IMG/VR virus record: IMGVR_UViG_3300020172_006270
Coordinates: 159,269 to 223,268 of that record
Reading direction: 5' to 3' (one strand)
Length of the DNA stretch: 64,000 bases
Shown piece after piece: positions 45,648-55,431 of this stretch. Within the stretch, counting starts at the first letter, position 1. Every line of letters starts with the position of its first letter. Below the pieces are notes generated by a model, which ran no database searches, was not told the origin of the DNA, and worked only from the letters and a program-made list of their open reading frames with translations. Position numbers and translations under genes: made by a program.

Positions 45648-46775
45648 TTAATCCTTGTGAAAATGTACATCTTTGTGTCCGTGATCGTGCGTGTATTCCA
45701 TCTCCCGGAATCCACCATAATTGAACGATGGCTTGGTATCTGAATTGACGACTTTCCACGTCAATTCAAATCCATACTTTGCTACCTTCTCAATGCCAGA
45801 GAAATTGATTTTATCTGCTGTATCTCTCGGCGTGTGATAATTGTCGTGCATTCCAGTGTGCAAGAACGCAATTGGAACCTTCTTATTGTAGAAGCAAGCG
45901 TGATCGCTGCCACCACTGCTACGGCCTGTAATGCTCTTAGCAAATGAGTATTTTCCACTCAATTCCCCAATGATGCTCGACACGTCAGGAGAGCTTTCCC
46001 CTTCGTTGAAGGCAACGGCAGTGCGAGCTTTGCCCAAATATCCAACCATATCCATATTGAGCATGAATATATGCTTGCGAATATTGGGGTCGCCTTTCGG
46101 GAAAATAGGGTTGTCGCAATAATATCGTGACCCAATTAACCCCATTTCCTCGGCACTAAAAGACATAAAGACCACGGTTCTTTTGTTCTGACCACGCAGA
46201 GACGCAAAGGTTTTGGCTATTTGAAGCAAAGCCACCGTCCCTGAAGCGTTATCGTCAGCCCCAGGGTGAATTTTCCCGCCACCCGACCGGCTCATGGCTG
46301 GTCCCCAGCCAATGTGGTCCATGTGTGCGCCAACAACTACGATCTCATCTTTTAATTCGGTGCCTTCAATCCAGGCAATGATATTCTGCGTGAAATCATC
46401 ACCAGTTTCATTGTTCGGCCCAGGATTCATTCTTTTGATATTGAACTTTTGATATGCCGTATCGAGGCCGAAACTTTCATATATCTTTTTCAGATAATCG
46501 GCAGCGACAACATTTCCTTTTTTGCCCGACATTCGACCTTCAAGCTCGGCAGAACACAAATATTCTAAATGTTTTTGCAATTCGCTTTCAGATATATCTG
46601 CGATGGCTTCATCATAAGTCTTTTTGCGTGGCGGGTCCACGTCAGGTGGCGGCAAAGGCTCGACCGGAGGAACGAATTCTTCTTGAACAATGGGCGGCGG
46701 GACATCACGTTTGCTGATATACACAGCAAGCAAAATGATTCCCAGCGACAGTACAACGAGAGGGAGCTTACGCAT
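45648..46775 (-). CDS. Membrane-anchored M28 peptidase (start revised to 46775)
   Basis: GAHMDH, GADDNASG, AEEMGLIGS, NMDM, SDH, YHTPRD. Confidence 0.92.
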   Translation of the reverse strand: MRKLPLVVLSLGIILLAVYISKRDVPPPIVQEEFVPPVEPLPPPDVDPPRKKTYDEAIADISESELQKHLEYLCSAELEGRMSGKKGNVVAADYLKKIYESFGLDTAYQKFNIKRMNPGPNNETGDDFTQNIIAWIEGTELKDEIVVVGAHMDHIGWGPAMSRSGGGKIHPGADDNASGTVALLQIAKTFASLRGQNKRTVVFMSFSAEEMGLIGSRYYCDNPIFPKGDPNIRKHIFMLNMDMVGYLGKARTAVAFNEGESSPDVSSIIGELSGKYSFAKSITGRSSGGSDHACFYNKKVPIAFLHTGMHDNYHTPRDTADKINFSGIEKVAKYGFELTWKVVNSDTKPSFNYGGFREMEYTHDHGHKDVHFHKD

Positions 46776-46869
46776 GGCAAACCCTGTTTTATTAGTGTGT
46801 TGGCTATATATTCTGTCCAAACAACCTACAAGGAAGCGAGGACTCCAACTTAATTAGAAAAGGAATATA

Positions 46870-48741
46870 ATGGATCAAGCCGTATTTTTCAAGAGCAAAC
46901 GTGACTCTGTTTGGCGGGGCAAACACAAAACCCTGGAAGAATTCTATAAGAGTGGTGGGAAGATACTTAAACGAGGGGAGGGCAAAAAGAGTCGTCTCCA
47001 ATATGATCCCGACTATTACACTCTCGACAAGTATGAACTTGAAATTGATCCCGATGAGCCGCTGGAAAACTTCGATACTTACGATTCGGCCCGTCGTCAA
47101 AAAGAGATCATCAAGTGCTGCAACAGCTTCGCTTATTTCTGCCACAAATATGTGAAGATTCTTCACCCGATGGATGGTTTGATTCCTTTCGTATTATACA
47201 ACTATCAGCGAAAGGTTATCCAAGAATACGAAAACCACCGATTTAACATCATCAGTAAGTTTCGTCAAGGGGGACTGACGACAGTAACTTTGCTGTGGGG
47301 CATGTGGCGCTGCATGTTCCAACTCGACCAACAGATCATGATCTTGGGTCGAACTGACCGTGACGCCACAGATATTGGCATGATGGTGGATCGTTCCATT
47401 GAGAACTTCCCAGATTGGTTGAAGCCAATAAAAGATGGTAAGTGGAATGACCACATGAAGATGTTCACGGACACCGGGTCGGCCTTAAAATTTCACTCTC
47501 CTGAAGCTGCTCGTGGTAAGTCCGTTACATTCTTGATTGTGGACGAAGCTGCGTTCATTGATGACATGGACAAGCACTGGAAAGCTATGTGGCCTATCCT
47601 TTCGACGGGTGGTGGTTGCACCCTTGTATCCACGGTTAATGGTCTGGGCAACTGGTATGAACAAACCTACCACGAAGCACAAGAAAAGCAAAACCGATTC
47701 AATATCATCGACTTGGATTATTGGGAACATCCCGACTACAACGACGATGAATGGGTTAAAGAACAAAAGGCACAACTCGGCGAGAAAGGCTTCTTGCAGG
47801 AAGTGTTGCGTGAGTTCCTTGGCTCCGGTGACACTTACTTCTCTGCTAAGGTCATCACACAACTCACAGAGCAAACCAGAAACAATTACCCTAGCCGCAA
47901 GTTATTCCCGAAATGGGTCAACAAGGCAGGCCGTATTGCTGTGTTGGAAAGTGAAGACCACAACAAGGGTGCTATGTGGGTCTGGAAAGAACCAATTGAT
48001 GGCCATGAATATATCATTGGCGCTGACGCCTCTGAAGGCCAAGGCAACAATAACGACAATTGCTGTTTTCAGGTAATTGATACAGCAACTTTGGAACAAG
48101 TGGCCGAGTTTTACTCCAATATCATTGTGCCTCACGAATTCGCTCAGGTGCTTAATGAAGTGGGCATTTATTACAACAATGCTCTGATTGTTGTCGAAAA
48201 CATGGGTCCAGGCGGGGCTGTTCTAAGCAACCTGCAATTCACCTTGTTTTACGAGAACCTTTATTACGAAAGCCTTAAATCGGCCAACGTAAAACCGGGC
48301 ATCAAAATTGGTCAAGTAAACCGATCTCTATATTTGGAATCTCTCCAAAATCGGCTATTGAACCAAACTGTGCGTATTAACAGTATGCGATTTGTTATGG
48401 AACTTCAGACTTTTGAGTACAACCCTGTCACTCGCAAGGCTGAAGCCCAAAAAGGCAAGCACGACGACGCTATTATGTCTATGTGTATGGCCCTTTATGT
48501 TCGTGATTCCATGTTGCGAGACATACCTATGGGGGCAGAGATTCCGAAAGAAGTAACGGCCACGCTAAAAGCTCAGGTATATGAAGAAATCAAACGTGAA
48601 TTGATGGAAGGAAGACCAGAAGATTTCCTTATGGATGATGAAATAGACCTTTTAGCGCCCGACAAAGATACTGTCATGCCCGGTGTTATTTTCAACATTG
48701 AGCGTCGGAACGATAGACTGCTTAAAGAATTTGGGTGGTAA
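46870..48741 (+). CDS. gp17: Terminase large subunit, T4 gp17-like
   Basis: LYNYQ, KFRQGGLTT, IVDEAAF, VSTVNG, GADASEG, VENMGPG, HDDAIM. Confidence 0.95.
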   Translation: MDQAVFFKSKRDSVWRGKHKTLEEFYKSGGKILKRGEGKKSRLQYDPDYYTLDKYELEIDPDEPLENFDTYDSARRQKEIIKCCNSFAYFCHKYVKILHPMDGLIPFVLYNYQRKVIQEYENHRFNIISKFRQGGLTTVTLLWGMWRCMFQLDQQIMILGRTDRDATDIGMMVDRSIENFPDWLKPIKDGKWNDHMKMFTDTGSALKFHSPEAARGKSVTFLIVDEAAFIDDMDKHWKAMWPILSTGGGCTLVSTVNGLGNWYEQTYHEAQEKQNRFNIIDLDYWEHPDYNDDEWVKEQKAQLGEKGFLQEVLREFLGSGDTYFSAKVITQLTEQTRNNYPSRKLFPKWVNKAGRIAVLESEDHNKGAMWVWKEPIDGHEYIIGADASEGQGNNNDNCCFQVIDTATLEQVAEFYSNIIVPHEFAQVLNEVGIYYNNALIVVENMGPGGAVLSNLQFTLFYENLYYESLKSANVKPGIKIGQVNRSLYLESLQNRLLNQTVRINSMRFVMELQTFEYNPVTRKAEAQKGKHDDAIMSMCMALYVRDSMLRDIPMGAEIPKEVTATLKAQVYEEIKRELMEGRPEDFLMDDEIDLLAPDKDTVMPGVIFNIERRNDRLLKEFGW

Positions 48742-48745
48742 ACGA

Positions 48746-49708
48746 ATGTCGTTCATGAAATACCTTGAAAATAAAGCTCGACCAAGCATCCTTGTCGTCA
48801 TGGACGAATACAAGGAAAAGCTGCACGCTGATATGGCGAGCCTTATGCTCAAACCAGACAAACAACTTATCGAAGCTCGTAAAAACATCGTCAACATCAA
48901 AGAGGTCGCCAGAACACTATCAGAACTGGCGTATCCGTTATCTGACGAGTTCAAGATGGCAATACGCACAGGTGATCCTAAAAGAGTAAATCACGCCCAC
49001 ATGACCTTCCGTCGCTGGGTGGATTATCACAACGCAGATCGTGCCTTGTCTGACAAGATTGAGACAGCAATGTTTCAATATCAGACCAAGTTGTATGGAA
49101 AAGAATTTGGTCCAGAAGAAGCTGATGCGGTTGCCAAATCTTCTTTATCTGAATCAACGGCTATTCTCGACCAGATGGCCCACAATATAAATTTGGCAAT
49201 ATCCAAAATCCCTACATGGCATAATCATAAAATTGTCATAGAGGCCATTTGCCCAGAAGTGGGATGGGTGGTTTCAGAAGCCAAAATCACCGTAGGCGAA
49301 GCGTTCCATGCAGTTTTCTTGTACGAACACACGTCAACGGGATTTAAGGCGAAATTGCTCACAGAAGAGGACATGCCTGCAAGTCTTAAAGTTGACATGC
49401 AAGATTTGCTGGCAAAGCTAAGAACCAACCCTAAATACAACAAGATATTGACTTTGTATATGACAAGGCCAATATCCGAACGTCGATATTTTGAAATTGC
49501 AAAAAGAGATTTGTCACTTGGAATTGAAGCGGTTTTGCCGAGCCACATCACCTTGGCGACAAGTCCTTTGCCTGGAGATTCCGATGTATGGAAAGTCCGG
49601 GTTGAAGAAAAATATCTCAAAGAATATCTCCATGAGGGAGATGTAAAAGAATATCAAGTCATCGGGGAAGAAGCCCCAATGCGCTGGATTGAAAGGATGA
49701 GTAAATGA
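48746..49708 (+). CDS. Hypothetical protein with CTS-like N-terminus (start revised to 48746)
   Basis: MSFMKYLENK just after terminase stop. Confidence 0.7.
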   Translation: MSFMKYLENKARPSILVVMDEYKEKLHADMASLMLKPDKQLIEARKNIVNIKEVARTLSELAYPLSDEFKMAIRTGDPKRVNHAHMTFRRWVDYHNADRALSDKIETAMFQYQTKLYGKEFGPEEADAVAKSSLSESTAILDQMAHNINLAISKIPTWHNHKIVIEAICPEVGWVVSEAKITVGEAFHAVFLYEHTSTGFKAKLLTEEDMPASLKVDMQDLLAKLRTNPKYNKILTLYMTRPISERRYFEIAKRDLSLGIEAVLPSHITLATSPLPGDSDVWKVRVEEKYLKEYLHEGDVKEYQVIGEEAPMRWIERMSK

Positions 49709-50043
49709 AAACAAACACAAACGAGACAAAAGCGGCTTTGCAGAAAGCATTAGCGCAAGTACCGCAAGACCATGCTTTGTCAGAAGTACGTTATCACATA
49801 CGGGCCGCTCTAGGAAAGCTGGAGACTGTTGAGAAGAAACGGGATCGTCGTGAGGTTAACTCGGAACGTCGTGAATTGGCACGGGGCCAAGGCAATGCGT
49901 ATTCGTATGATCCATTCCGGGCAATTCAGGCTATTGACGAAGAAATCGCCAAAGAAAAAGCCAAGATTGAAAATATTCAACGCCGCCGTACACAAGATGA
50001 CGAGAAAGATGACGGCGATGAGCTTCAAACAGTTCTTGGTTAA
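49705..50043 (+). CDS. Small coiled-coil protein
   Basis: Overlaps upstream stop by 4 nt; charged helical composition. Confidence 0.7.
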   Translation: MKTNTNETKAALQKALAQVPQDHALSEVRYHIRAALGKLETVEKKRDRREVNSERRELARGQGNAYSYDPFRAIQAIDEEIAKEKAKIENIQRRRTQDDEKDDGDELQTVLG

Positions 50044-50575
50044 TGAAGGACGTAGAAACAAATACGACTACTCTTCATTATTGGTCGAACCGCCAGAAGA
50101 AATTGCAGACAATGTAATTTCTTGGGGGTGGGATCATGTACCTAATGAATCCGTGTTTCTTGATCCTAAAGACCCCAGCTTTGGTCGAGAAGATGACCCT
50201 CACATTACTTTAATCTATGGCATTCACACAGACATCTTAAAAGAAGTGTCTGATCTGTTTGTTGACGAGAAAGAGTTTGAGTGTAAGTTGGGCAAGATTG
50301 ATATGTTTACGAAAAGCGATAAATTCGATGTGCTAATCGTAAGCGTGGAATGCGAAGAGTTACACAGGCTAAATCGTAAGATGCGAAGAAATTTAGAAGC
50401 CACTGAAAGCTATCCTGTTTATGTGCCTCACGTTACAATTTGCTACCTGAAAAAAGGTCAAGGCAAACAATACATTGGCAATGACGTTTTTGTAGATGAA
50501 AAGTTTACGATCAACAAGATTTTCTTTTCTTCAAAGACTGGCGAAAAAACTCCAATAAAGTTAGGTGCAAAATGA
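50018..50575 (+). CDS. 2H phosphoesterase, Acb1/T4 gp57B-like (start revised to 50018)
   Basis: Two HxT motifs PHITLIYG and YVPHVTICY; MSFKQFLVNE. Confidence 0.8.
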   Translation: MSFKQFLVNEGRRNKYDYSSLLVEPPEEIADNVISWGWDHVPNESVFLDPKDPSFGREDDPHITLIYGIHTDILKEVSDLFVDEKEFECKLGKIDMFTKSDKFDVLIVSVECEELHRLNRKMRRNLEATESYPVYVPHVTICYLKKGQGKQYIGNDVFVDEKFTINKIFFSSKTGEKTPIKLGAK

Positions 50576-51087
50576 AAAAAGATTGGCATGGCTTAGTTAA
50601 GATTCTCGAAATCCAACACGTCCGAGATGGCAAGGTGATCTGGGAAGAGAAAAATCTACTCAACACTTTGCATATTGGTGGAGAAATGTTTATGTTGACC
50701 TGTGCATTTGACAGCAGCCCAGGAACATACCCACCAGCAAACTATTACTTCGGACTCGATAATCGAGGGGCAATCACCGTTGATGATCTCATGACGGATA
50801 TTGCCGATGAGCCATCTGGCAATGGATATTTGCGGCAGGCTGTAAGCTCGTCAAATCAATTTACAATTGACATTGTAAGTGGCGTTTACCGAGCCACCAG
50901 CCAGATCGTTACCTTTAGTGCAACAGGCGCAGGCTGGGGTCCAGTATCCAATTTGTTCATGGCGACTAGCGCAGATGGGTCCGGCATTTTATTGGCCAGT
51001 AATCCACTATCAAATTCAATTACATTGACAAATGGCGATGCCATCAATATGCGCATGGCCCTAGCCCTCAGAGATGTGCCAGCTTAA
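50572..51087 (+). CDS. Putative tail/baseplate structural protein
   Basis: NGYLRQAV, VTFSATGAGWGPV, ITLTNGD pattern. Confidence 0.65.
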   Translation: MKKDWHGLVKILEIQHVRDGKVIWEEKNLLNTLHIGGEMFMLTCAFDSSPGTYPPANYYFGLDNRGAITVDDLMTDIADEPSGNGYLRQAVSSSNQFTIDIVSGVYRATSQIVTFSATGAGWGPVSNLFMATSADGSGILLASNPLSNSITLTNGDAINMRMALALRDVPA

Positions 51088-51533
51088 CTCATGGTGTCTT
51101 GAAGCAATTCGTCAGGCTTAATTTCAACAAAATGCACCACATTAAATTTGTGAATGCCTTGTTGAACTTTATTGTATTGCCTGAACTCCAACCATTCAGA
51201 ACCGCCGTCTTTCACATCCAACAGTCTTTCCGATGTGCCTAGCTGAACTGCTACAACATCCTGGACTTCTTCAGGCACATTGTCGCCACCAAGCTCCAAT
51301 TTCTGCGGCAGATTGATGTTGTAGCCTTCTTCCATAGGCATGATTGCCTTGTTGATAGCTTCGTTCGTCAATTTGTACTTACAGAACATTTCTTTAGCAG
51401 GCTCGGAAGTGGTGCCACGATGGAACCATACCGGCACACTCACGCCCATAACTTCAAGAGATTCGCCAGAATGCAGCTTATAGCGTTGCTCTCGGTTCAA
51501 ATAGATGTAATGCGAAATAGTCAATGTTGCCAT
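51084..51533 (-). CDS. Hypothetical protein
   Basis: SD GAGG; TATATA box. Confidence 0.7.
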   Translation of the reverse strand: MATLTISHYIYLNREQRYKLHSGESLEVMGVSVPVWFHRGTTSEPAKEMFCKYKLTNEAINKAIMPMEEGYNINLPQKLELGGDNVPEEVQDVVAVQLGTSERLLDVKDGGSEWLEFRQYNKVQQGIHKFNVVHFVEIKPDELLQDTMS

Positions 51534-51589
51534 TCTTTGTTCCTCACGAATATATAGATGGTAGGAGTCTTCATGCTAAGGAGTAGCAA

Positions 51590-52489
51590 ATGTTCAAATT
51601 ATCTTCTATTCTTGTCTTGTTGGTTAGTTTCCTGGCCCCGATTGCCAGCGCCGAAACGCCCTCTGTGTATTCATATGATCCATTAGACAATATGCCGATT
51701 ATGGAGCGTCGGCCTACTGGCTTTGCAGGCATGGCTCCAATCGAGCAACGTGGTCCAGAGTTCCGTAAGTTTCTCGCTGCATCTGTCAAAATCAGCGTGG
51801 GCGGCGGTTCTGGTTCTGGAACCATTGTTTATTACGATGCAGCTAAAAATCTCGCTTACGTCGCATCTTGCGGGCATATGTGGAGTCAAGGAACCATGTC
51901 CGTAGAAGAAGGCAAGCGTCGAAATATGACTTGCAAAGTAATCACTTGGTATCATAACGAAAAGAAGCTGGACTCTCCCAAGAGTTACAATGCCAATGTA
52001 ATATTCTATAGCTATATCAGCGGTCAGGATACGTCACTTGTGACTTTTACTCCAGATTGGCAACCTGAGTATTTCCCCATTGCTCCTGTGAACTACGAGT
52101 ACAAGGCTGGTCGCCATGCTCACTCATTGGGATGTGATGGCGGCAATGAGGTCGCACACTATGACATTGAAATAATTGGACTTGGTGGCGGTGATTTGGT
52201 TACGAATCAAAACAGCCCACGCCCAGGACGTTCTGGTGGTGGGCTGATGGATGACGACGGATATTACATCGCAACTTGCTGGGGAACTCAATATCGTGAT
52301 GGAAGCGGCAAGGGATATTTTACGCCTCTATCTGCCATTCATGGATATTGGAACAAGCAAAGTGGATATGAGTTCTTGTTGAACCAGAAGCCGGGCGGCA
52401 CAGCAGCACGCCAGATTCCGGTCAAAGACCGCAGTGGTCCTCAAGGCACATATAAGCCAGAATATATTTTGCTTCCAGGTGGACGTTAA
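51590..52489 (+). CDS. Secreted trypsin-like (S1) serine protease
   Basis: Signal peptide ending ASA; GSGT, SCGH, DTSL, PGRSGGGL. Confidence 0.85.
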   Translation: MFKLSSILVLLVSFLAPIASAETPSVYSYDPLDNMPIMERRPTGFAGMAPIEQRGPEFRKFLAASVKISVGGGSGSGTIVYYDAAKNLAYVASCGHMWSQGTMSVEEGKRRNMTCKVITWYHNEKKLDSPKSYNANVIFYSYISGQDTSLVTFTPDWQPEYFPIAPVNYEYKAGRHAHSLGCDGGNEVAHYDIEIIGLGGGDLVTNQNSPRPGRSGGGLMDDDGYYIATCWGTQYRDGSGKGYFTPLSAIHGYWNKQSGYEFLLNQKPGGTAARQIPVKDRSGPQGTYKPEYILLPGGR

Positions 52490-53133
52490 TGTTGAAAGTT
52501 GAAAAAAGACATCATTATATCCAATTTGGACTTGGAGATCGGTGGGCTTCTGTTTCTTTTCTTCTCAGAAAATCAGAAGAAAAAGGCCGTCCAATCTTTG
52601 TTGATGGTGACTTCGACCCAGAACATCTTTACGAGTTAGCCAGTTGTTTTGATACAACTGGCAAACTCATTTATGAGAAGGGTCATCCAATATTGCCAAT
52701 GAATTACCATGATGCTTTTTCAACAAAATATCTTCCAACCAAAAAGACTTGGAGAGATACAAATAGCAACGTGGTGGCATACCAATTCGATGGCATTTCT
52801 TCATTCTGGAATAAAAATCCACCAGACGAAGAAATAGCTGAATTTTTGAGCTATCTTTCTCGCCGTGGATTTACGCCAGTAGATTTAGGACACATGAAGC
52901 CATTGCCTTATATCATCGAAACATTAGCCACATGCAAATTCTTCGTTGGATGCGCAAGTGGTATAGGCCACATCAGTATGAGCGTCAATACGCCTATGTA
53001 CATTATTTTGCACAATCTGCAAGAAGGCACTGGCCCACCATACAGTGTTGAATATCAACAAACAGTTTACAGCAGCAAGCCAGATGTTCAATTCTTCAAA
53101 TATCTGAAGGACTTGATGAACCATTTAGGTTAA
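52489..53133 (+). CDS. GT9-like (GT-B) glycosyltransferase-related protein
   Basis: GLGD, FFVGCASGIGHI...NTP. Confidence 0.55.
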   Translation: MLKVEKRHHYIQFGLGDRWASVSFLLRKSEEKGRPIFVDGDFDPEHLYELASCFDTTGKLIYEKGHPILPMNYHDAFSTKYLPTKKTWRDTNSNVVAYQFDGISSFWNKNPPDEEIAEFLSYLSRRGFTPVDLGHMKPLPYIIETLATCKFFVGCASGIGHISMSVNTPMYIILHNLQEGTGPPYSVEYQQTVYSSKPDVQFFKYLKDLMNHLG

Positions 53134-53901
53134 GCTGTAAAATGGACAAATCTTCCGGTAATCACATCGTCGGCACTGGTCATTCACACGACCGTAGACA
53201 TCATCAGGATGGGTGCCGATAATTTCGTTATATGCGTCGTGCAATTCCTGCTCGGCAGAAATCAGCGATTCTTCACTGAACTTGGTGGCGATTAAATCCC
53301 CGCCTTCCAGGTAATATAACGCAGCCCGAATATTCTCGGCCTTTGCCCCGAATTCTTTTTGCACAACCCGTGCGTAACAACGAAGCTGAATATCGTTGCG
53401 GATCGTATTTGCAGTCTTCCGGTAAAATCCCTTTTTCGTCGTCTTGTAATCCAAGATGAAATATTTGTCGCCACGGATAATCAATCGGTCGATAAATCCC
53501 GTGATGAAATGCTTTTCGGGCGGCTGGAGATCGTAATGGAATTGCCATTCCAAATGGCCGTCAAATCCAATGCGGTCGCTTAATTGCTTGAGATTCCGAA
53601 TGTGTTCTGGTAACTTCTTTTTATAGCTCGCATCCAGAACTGGTGGCCCTTGCCCCTTCTCGACTTCGATAATTCCGTGCAGGCAGTCGTGGGCAATATC
53701 TTCAATTGCACGTTGGCCTTGTTCTTGGACGTATACTTCGGCTATCTTATGAACCAGTTTCCCGTACACGAAGTACGGCTGGACCGGACCTTCAACCGGA
53801 ACCTTCAGGTGGTATCGGAATTTGTATTTGGCTTGGCATTCATTCCAGGTTTGCTTACGAGAAACGCTGATGTGTTCACAGATCAAATGGTCTTGGCTCA
53901 T
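53125..53901 (-). CDS. PD-(D/E)XK Cas4/RecB-like nuclease
   Basis: C..KY, GKLVH, GFIDRL, LDYKT, QLRCY, CRRCDYRKIC (4-Cys staple). Confidence 0.88.
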   Translation of the reverse strand: MSQDHLICEHISVSRKQTWNECQAKYKFRYHLKVPVEGPVQPYFVYGKLVHKIAEVYVQEQGQRAIEDIAHDCLHGIIEVEKGQGPPVLDASYKKKLPEHIRNLKQLSDRIGFDGHLEWQFHYDLQPPEKHFITGFIDRLIIRGDKYFILDYKTTKKGFYRKTANTIRNDIQLRCYARVVQKEFGAKAENIRAALYYLEGGDLIATKFSEESLISAEQELHDAYNEIIGTHPDDVYGRVNDQCRRCDYRKICPFYSLT

Positions 53902-53964
53902 AATGACTCCACCAAAGGGTAAGTATATTGTAAAGTATATGGATCAGTCGAACTAGAGGGAAAT

Positions 53965-55014
53965 ATGTCTGTTGACTTCAACAAATTTGTGAAATGGGCA
54001 ACCGCCCGCTTTGGCGAGGACAATATTCTCGTCAAGGGTAAAGAAGTACGCATCAACAGCATATTCGACAAAGGCGACGACGATTATCACCTTTGGTGTT
54101 CGCCCACAGGCGGCAAGAAGAAGCGAAAGTTTGGTGTATATCACTGCTTTAAGACTGACCAGAAAGGCAGTCTGGTAAAGCTGGTTCAGATCGTTGACAG
54201 TTGCGACAGAGAAGACGCACTGACAACACTTGATGGCCGCACCAGCATTCGGGACTTAGAGAAACAGCTTGAGGCCATGTTCGCCGATCCGGTCGAACAG
54301 GAGCCAATAGTCCCCAAGCCAGACTTGCAATTGCCATTAGGATGCGAGTTGATTTCTGCCCTCGGCACCAATAATTGGTGGCGAAAGAAGGCAGAAGAAT
54401 ACCTTACAAATCGGCATCTTCCAATTGATGGTCTGTATATCTGCACAGAAGACAGATACAAAGCCAGAATCATCATTCCCTATTACGACCGCAATAAAAA
54501 GCTCGTCTATTGGAATGGTCGCCATATTGGAAAGTCTAAATGCAAGTATCTCGGTCCACCTAAAGAGGTTGGCGTCGGCAAAGAAGATGTCGTTTTCATG
54601 GCAGGCCCCTGGCCGAGTGCAGGTGCGACTCTCTATCTTTGTGAAGGCGAATTCAACGCAATCAGCCTGTCTCTCTGTGACTTAAATGCCGCTGCCTGCG
54701 GTGGCAAAAACATGAGCGAAAAGCAAGCTCTAATGCTCACGGACTACAAAATCGTATTGTGTCTTGACCGAGACAAAGCCGGTAAACAAGGCACTACGAA
54801 GATGACTTCCATGATTTCTTCGGTGGAAACCGTCAAGGGAAATGAAAAACTAAAATTCGTGATCCCACCGCCAGGATATAATGATTGGAACGAAATGTTG
54901 GTCAAATTAGGGCCAGCAGTTCTGCATCACTATATTCAAAAAAATCAGCGGCCACTTGACTATTCTTGGCCTCACGGAACTCATGCAAGTTATGTCAAGG
55001 ATTTACTCGGTTAA
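53965..55014 (+). CDS. DNA primase (TOPRIM), gp61-like
   Basis: YHCFK, YLTNR, RIIIP, WNGR, KYL, CEGEFNA, CLDRDKAG, DWNE. Confidence 0.85.
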   Translation: MSVDFNKFVKWATARFGEDNILVKGKEVRINSIFDKGDDDYHLWCSPTGGKKKRKFGVYHCFKTDQKGSLVKLVQIVDSCDREDALTTLDGRTSIRDLEKQLEAMFADPVEQEPIVPKPDLQLPLGCELISALGTNNWWRKKAEEYLTNRHLPIDGLYICTEDRYKARIIIPYYDRNKKLVYWNGRHIGKSKCKYLGPPKEVGVGKEDVVFMAGPWPSAGATLYLCEGEFNAISLSLCDLNAAACGGKNMSEKQALMLTDYKIVLCLDRDKAGKQGTTKMTSMISSVETVKGNEKLKFVIPPPGYNDWNEMLVKLGPAVLHHYIQKNQRPLDYSWPHGTHASYVKDLLG

Positions 55015-55017
55015 GGC

Positions 55018-55431
55018 ATGAAAGCACTTACAGTTAAAAAACTCCAGGAAGCATTTGTGGGCAAGGTATGCACCATACTCACTTCTACCGTTGCCAAGAC
55101 GGACTTCCAGGACCAGCAATTCTCTGACTTCTTTACGGCAATTGTCGAGTCTTTGGATGAAGATGGCATCTTCGCCAAGCACCACATGACAGGATGCCGG
55201 AACTATTACACTTGGCCACACATCATAGGCGTTCTTGAAGAACAAGTGATTCAACAAGATGACCCTAAGTATGAAGAAATCATGCAGGAGATCAAAAAGG
55301 CACCTGTTGAGCGTCAACAGAATATTGTGCCTGTTGATCCTAATGCTTCCCTTTTTGTAGACCCCGAAATGATGGCATCCCTGGCACGACAAGCTAAGGA
55401 GGCCCAAGGAAAAATGTTGAGGAAACAATAA
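55018..55431 (+). CDS. Hypothetical protein
   Basis: Coupled between primase and glpX. Confidence 0.75.
   Translation: MKALTVKKLQEAFVGKVCTILTSTVAKTDFQDQQFSDFFTAIVESLDEDGIFAKHHMTGCRNYYTWPHIIGVLEEQVIQQDDPKYEEIMQEIKKAPVERQQNIVPVDPNASLFVDPEMMASLARQAKEAQGKMLRKQ

Noticed and set aside
53125-53901. Cas4-like gene as evidence of a CRISPR-Cas system
   Set aside because: No cas1/cas2 or array; solo Cas4/RecB-like nucleases are common in phage replication regions.
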